Shown in pieces: positions 58,501-64,000 of a stretch of DNA of 64,000 nucleotides. The notes beneath the pieces are model-generated. The model was not told the origin of the DNA. It did no database searches and saw nothing but the letters and a program-made list of their open reading frames with translations. Both the position numbers and the translations under genes were made by a program. Within the stretch, counting starts at the first letter, position 1. Every line of letters begins with the position of its first letter. This DNA comes from Basidiobolus meristosporus CBS 931.73 (lineage: Eukaryota; Fungi; Basidiobolomycota): assembly GCA_002104905.1 (NCBI GenBank), contig MCFE01000087.1, positions 113,290 through 177,289 of the forward strand, written 5' to 3'.

Positions 58501-61500
58501 AAAAATCATAGGATAATTTTTGATCATGGATCATAGATCTTGCCATATCAATTATTGATCTGTTAGCTTGTTCTGCTACTCCATTTTGCTGTGGGGAGTA
58601 TGGTACAGTAGTCTCTTGCTTTATCCCATGAATTTTGCAGAAGTGGATGAAGAGTTTTGAGGTATATTCTCCACCATTGTCAGAGCGTATTTTCTTGATT
58701 TTTTCACCAGTTTCTCTCTCCACCATGGCTTTAAACTCCCTGAGCTTAGACAGAGCTTCTTCCTTTCTCTCCATGAAGTAGACCCATGTGTATCTTGTAT
58801 AATCATCAATAAAAGTGATTAAATACTTCATCCCGCCTAAGGATAAATTTTGCATAGGTCCACACAGATCTGAGTGAATTAGATCTAATTTTTTCTTAGT
58901 TTTGATTAACCCAGAGCTCTTGAACGGTTGTCTGGCTTGTTTCCCATATATGCAGGCTTCACAGTGCTCCAAATTAGCTGGGGGATCAATTTTCACTCCA
59001 GAAATTAGCTGATCTTTGATCATTTTACGCAAATAATCAAAATTGATGTGTCCAAATCTCCTGTGCCAAAGCATTGGTGTTTCTTCATTTAAGTTACTTA
59101 TATTGGCTTCCAGATATGATGGAATATAAGTCAACTTGTATAGATTCTGATCTCTGATGCCCAAAGCAATATGAGCACCATTTTGATCAGTGATCCTGCA
59201 TCCAGAATTGTCAAAACTGAAACTGAGTCCTTCTGCTGTGGCCTTGCTTACAGAGAGTAGGTTCTTGGCTATTTCTGGTACATAGAGTACTTCTTTAAAG
59301 GTCAGTGTATGGCTTCCTTCACTGCTTCTAAGGTTTACTTGGATAGTTCCTTCTCCCACTGCATCAAGTGTTCTATCGTCACCCATGAAAACCTTCTTAA
59401 TTGGAATTTCTTGATATTGGGTAAAAAGTTCTTTTTGGTGTGTAAAGTGTTGAGAAGCTCCAGAGTCAATATACCACGTCTGAGAATCCTTGTTTGTGGT
59501 CATATTTAGTGCAGATATGAATAGTCTATCTTCAGTTGTTGCAGCATTTCCATATTCAGGCTTCTTTTGCTGATAATCTCTCTTTTTGAAACACCGGTCT
59601 GATGTGTGTCCTTTCCTTTTGCAGTAGTTGCAAAATAGGTTGCTGTTGCCTTTGTAGGGTCTTGGGTACCTCCTTTGTTGGTTATCATTGCTTATTAAAG
59701 CATTTTCTTCTTCCTTCTTATTGGCGCTTGATTTTCTTAATTCTTCATCCAGGAGCCTTCCATATACGTAATTTAAGGTCAAATCTTCAGTTCTGGACTC
59801 TAGGGCTGATACAAGGCCCTGAAACTCGTCTGTCAGGCTATTCAGGATGGTAACTATCACATCCTCATCAGTAGTTGGTACGCCCACAGATTCCATCTCA
59901 TCTACCAGCAGGGTAATTCTGTTAATTAGATTTTTCATTTCTTCTCCTGGCAGCATCTTTGTAGTAAAGAATTTTCTTCTCAGATACATTTTCTTGGCAG
60001 CTGAACATGACTGGTAGGTGTCTTCTAATGCCTTCCAGGCATTCTTTGCCGTTTTTGCTCTTGAGCATTGAATTAGCAATTTGTCCTTGACATTAAGGCA
60101 AATGCAGTTAAAGGCACTTTGTTCTTTCTTCTGGTACTTTAAGGCTTCCTCTCCCACGTTTTTAGGAGGGCATTCTTCTCCCATGACAATATCCCAAAGG
60201 CCTCTTTCTTGCAGCAGCATCTTCATCTTCACCTTCCACACTTGGTAGTTAGATCCATCCAACTTTTCAGCAGAGGGAAAAATTCCAGTAATAGCAGTAG
60301 TAGACATTGCAGAGAGTGACAGCTCGGGGCTCATAACCTGTTGTAAGAGTCTTGGAGATATTGGAAGTGATTGGGAGAACAAGTAGATTATGTGGTTTTC
60401 ACTTAATGATTTATTGAATGTAAAAGTAGTATTTATACTTTTACATGGTCTTGGCATTACAAACACGTAGAATAGGTTAAGGAAGGTCCCAAGAACATGT
60501 GTGCAAAGTTTGGGGCTGTTTGGACAACTTTGAGAATTTTCATGTTCTGGGTACCTGGTATTTTGGTGAAAATATTCTAAGTAAATCCCGACAAGGAATT
60601 TGGTCAGTATTCTCTAGGATTTGAAGGTGATGATCTAAGTGACTAAGTTAGGTGAATATTTAGGTGGAAAATACGAATTTTTACAACAGATGAAGATGCT
60701 GCTACAGAAGAGCTTGGATATTGTCATGGAGAAGAATGCCTCCTAAAACATGGGAGAGGAAGCCTTAAAGTACCAGAAGAAAGAACAAAGTGCCTTTAAC
60801 TGCATTGCCTTAATGTCAAGGACAAATTGCTAATTCAATGCTCAAGAGCAAAAACGCAAAGAATGCCTGGAAGCATTAGAAGACACCTACCAGTCATGTT
60901 CAGCTGCCAAGAAAATGTATCTGAGACAAAAATTCTTTACTACAAAGATGCTGCCAGGAGAAGAAATGAAAAATCTAATTAACAGAATTACCCTGCTGGT
61001 AGATGAGATGGAATCTGTGGGCGTACCAACTACTGATGAGGATGTGATAGTTACCATCCTGAATAGCCTGACAGACAAGTTTCAGGGCCTTGTATCAGCC
61101 CTAGAGTCCAGAACTGAAGATTTGACCTTAAATTACGTATATGGAAGGCTCCTGGATGAAGAATTAAGAAAATCAAGCGCCAATAAGAAGGAAGAAGAAA
61201 ATGCTTTAATAAGCAATGATAACCAACAAAGGAGGTACCCAAGACCCTACAAAGGCAACAGCAACCTATTTTGCAACTACTGCAAAAGGAAAGGACACAC
61301 ATCAGACCGGTGTCTCAAAAAGAGAGATTATCAGCAAAAGAAGCCTGAATATGGAAATGCTGCAACAACTGAAGATAGACTATTCATATCTGCACTAAAT
61401 ATGACCACAAACAAGGATTCTCAGACGTGGTATATTGACTCTGGAGCTTCTCAACACTTTACACACCAAAAAGAACTTTTTACCCAATATCAAGAAATTC

Positions 61501-64000
61501 CAATTAAGAAGGTTTTCATGGGTGACAATAGAACACTTGATGCAGTGGGAGAAGGAACTATCCAAGTAAACCTTAGAAGCAGTGAAGGAAGCCATACACT
61601 GACCTTTAAAGAAGTACTCTATGTACCAGAAATAGCCAAGAACCTACTCTCTGTAAGCAAGGCCACAGCAGAAGGACTCAGTTTCAGTTTTGACAATTCT
61701 GGATGCAGGATCACTGATCAAAATGGTGCCCATATTGCTTTGGGCATCAGAGATCAGAATCTATACAAGTTGACTTATATTCCATCATATCTGGAAGCCA
61801 ATATAAGTAACTTAAATGAAGAAACACCAATGCTTTGGCACAGGAGATTTGGACACATCAATTTTGATTATTTGCGTAAAATGATCAAAGATCAGCTAAT
61901 TTCTGGAGTGAAAATTGATCCCCCAGCTAATTTGGAGCACTGTGAAGCCTGCATATATGGGAAACAAGCCAGACAACCGTTCAAGAGCTCTGGGTTAATC
62001 AAAACTAAGAAAAAATTAGATCTAATTCACTCAGATCTGTGTGGACCTATGCAAAATTTATCCTTAGGCGGGATGAAGTATTTAATCACTTTTATTGATG
62101 ATTATACAAGATACACATGGGTCTACTTCATGGAGAGAAAGGAAGAAGCTCTGTCTAAGCTCAGGGAGTTTAAAGCCATGGTGGAGAGAGAAACTGGTGA
62201 AAAAATCAAGAAAATACGCTCTGACAATGGTGGAGAATATACCTCAAAACTCTTCATCCACTTCTGCAAAATTCATGGGATAAAGCAAGAGACTACTGTA
62301 CCATACTCCCCACAGCAAAATGGAGTAGCAGAACGAGCTAACAGATCAATAATTGATATGGCAAGATCTATGATCCATGATCAAAAATTATCCTATGATT
62401 TTTGGGCGGAATCAGTTGCCACTGCTGTATATCTTAAAAATAGGAGTTATAACAGAATACTTTGTGATTCTACTCCATTTGAAGCATGGTATGGATACAG
62501 ACCAAGTGCAGAACATCTAAGAATATTTGGGTGTACAGCATATGCCAAAAAACTGGCCGGAAATCAGTCAAAATTTGAGCCAAAAAGTGTAAAATGCATA
62601 TTTTTGGGCTACTGCAATGAGAGTAAGGCATACAGACTCTACAATACCAAAGCAAAGAAGCTGATCAAGTCCAGGGATGTGTTGTTTGATGAAAATTCAA
62701 AATTTTCACAAAAAATGACATCAGATGATGACAAAAATTTGATCTCAAGTCCACCAATTGTCAGGATTGAATCAGAGCAAAACAATGAAAATTTTTTCAC
62801 TCCAGAGGACTCTACAACCGTGGTTCAGCCAGAATCAGTGCCCAGGAATATCCCAGAAGTGATCATTCCAGTATCAAATGCCCGGAGATCCAATTGGACA
62901 AGAAATAGCCCAAATTACTATATCAATGAGGGTACAAACTTAGCCTATGCCTATTCAGTCCATATTGATGAACCCCAGACTGTAAAAGAGGCCCTAAATA
63001 GCCCTCAGACAAAGTTTTGGAGATCTGCAATGACTGAGGAATATCAGGCACTGATGGAAAATCAAACTTGGGACTTAGTCAAATTACCAATCAACCAAAA
63101 ATCAATTGGATGCAGATGGGTCTTCAAGACAAAATACAAGGCTGATGGTACAATTGAAAGATACAAAGCAAGACTTGTAGCCAAAGGATACTCTCAAACA
63201 AAAGGACTTGACTATACTGAGACCTTTGCACCGGTAGCCAAGTTTAATTCCATCAGATTAATATTGGCTATTGCAGCCAAATATAAGTTTTTTATTCATC
63301 AAATGGATGTAAAAACTGCATTTTTGAATGGAGAACTTGATGAGGATGTGTATATGGACCAGCCTGATGGGTTTGTTGACCAAGATAACCCCCATTTGGT
63401 CTGCAAGCTTAAAAAGTCACTATATGGTCTCAAACAATCACCAAGAGCCTGGAATTGCAAGATAGATTCTTATTTGGAATCTTTGAGTTTCAAAAGAGTA
63501 ATGCTGACTATAGTATATACTATAAGCCAGATAGAGCAAATCCAGTTCTATTAGCTCTATATGTGGATGATCTTATTATAGCCGCCAATAACCTAGAAAC
63601 ATTGGAAGAGACTAAATCCAGCCTATCTAAGGAGTTCAAGATGTCCAATCTAGGAGAACTTAGTTACTACTTAGGGATTAAGTTCTCCATAGACAGAAGT
63701 ACCCAGACTATCACCCTAAGCCAATCCAAGTATATTCAAGATATACTAAAGAAGTACAAAATGGAAGACTGTAAACCGGCAGCTACCCCAATGGAGACAA
63801 ACCTTAACTTGGTCAAAACTCAACCAAATCAAGAGAGCTTGGTGCCATCTGAAAGCCCTGACTTTCCTTATCAATCTATGGTTGGCAGTCTGATGTATAT
63901 CATGCTTGGAACACGTCCAGATATCTCATATTCAGTGGGAGTTGTCAGCCAACATAATCAGAACTATGGATCTGATCATATTGCAGCAGTTAAGCGGATT
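55555..64000 (+). mobile_element. outer Ty1/copia element (5' LTR 55555-55886), split in gag by a younger copy and running off the window
   Basis: LTR, PBS and gag start run to 56000, and gag resumes at 60689. ORF 60915-63554 covers gag-PR-IN-RT. A 1-nt frameshift occurs near 63497, after which RT continues to 64000. Confidence 0.93.
56001..60688 (-). mobile_element. full-length, very young Ty1/copia element (4688 bp)
   Basis: LTRs 56001-56350 and 60339-60688 (350 bp each, one difference seen by eye). PBS GGTTATGAGCCC and PPT GAGTGGGAG are present. ORFs 58214-60466 and 56362-58287 are separated by one extra base near 58256. Probable TSD AAGAT. Confidence 0.97.

Overview
Eukaryotic genomic DNA from a fungus, most likely an early-diverging (non-Dikarya) lineage. 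This is inferred from short GT-AG introns, fungal-type housekeeping genes and a cobalamin-dependent methionine synthase. A CpG-rich island of about 19 genes (~14.6-54.1 kb) lies between two CpG-depleted piles of LTR retrotransposons. Left pile (1-14.1 kb): a pseudogenised Ty3/gypsy element and several nested, truncated or internally deleted copies of one Ty1/copia family with ~350-bp LTRs and a half-tRNA-type PBS. Right pile (54.7-64 kb): a triple nest of the same copia family, including a very young, almost intact copy. Genes in order: LYS9, MetH, FHIT/HNT2, F-box/LRR, GDI1, mucin-like membrane protein, DBP8, Hal/Sat4-type kinase, MDL1/ABCB10-type ABC transporter, a small protein with a presequence-like N-terminus, a two-globin fusion, BCKDH E1-alpha, a short phytochelatin-synthase-like gene, RPL20, a Kv-beta-like aldo-keto reductase, TVP38, NMA111, a Cys-rich membrane protein, 3-hydroxybutyryl-CoA dehydrogenase and a PA-RING ligase. 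Two observations stand out. (i) An intronless gene fuses a group-I truncated (2/2) haemoglobin to a sensor/protoglobin-type (3/3) globin with a C-terminal membrane anchor. (ii) Four perfect ATCWGATAA sites (the iron-responsive SreA/Fep1 GATA-repressor consensus) lie within 170 bp upstream of an atypical phytochelatin synthase, and a fifth lies upstream of the dual globin. Together these suggest a possible iron/haem-linked module, which is inference and untested. All exon structures and coordinates were read by eye and some may be off by a few bases.
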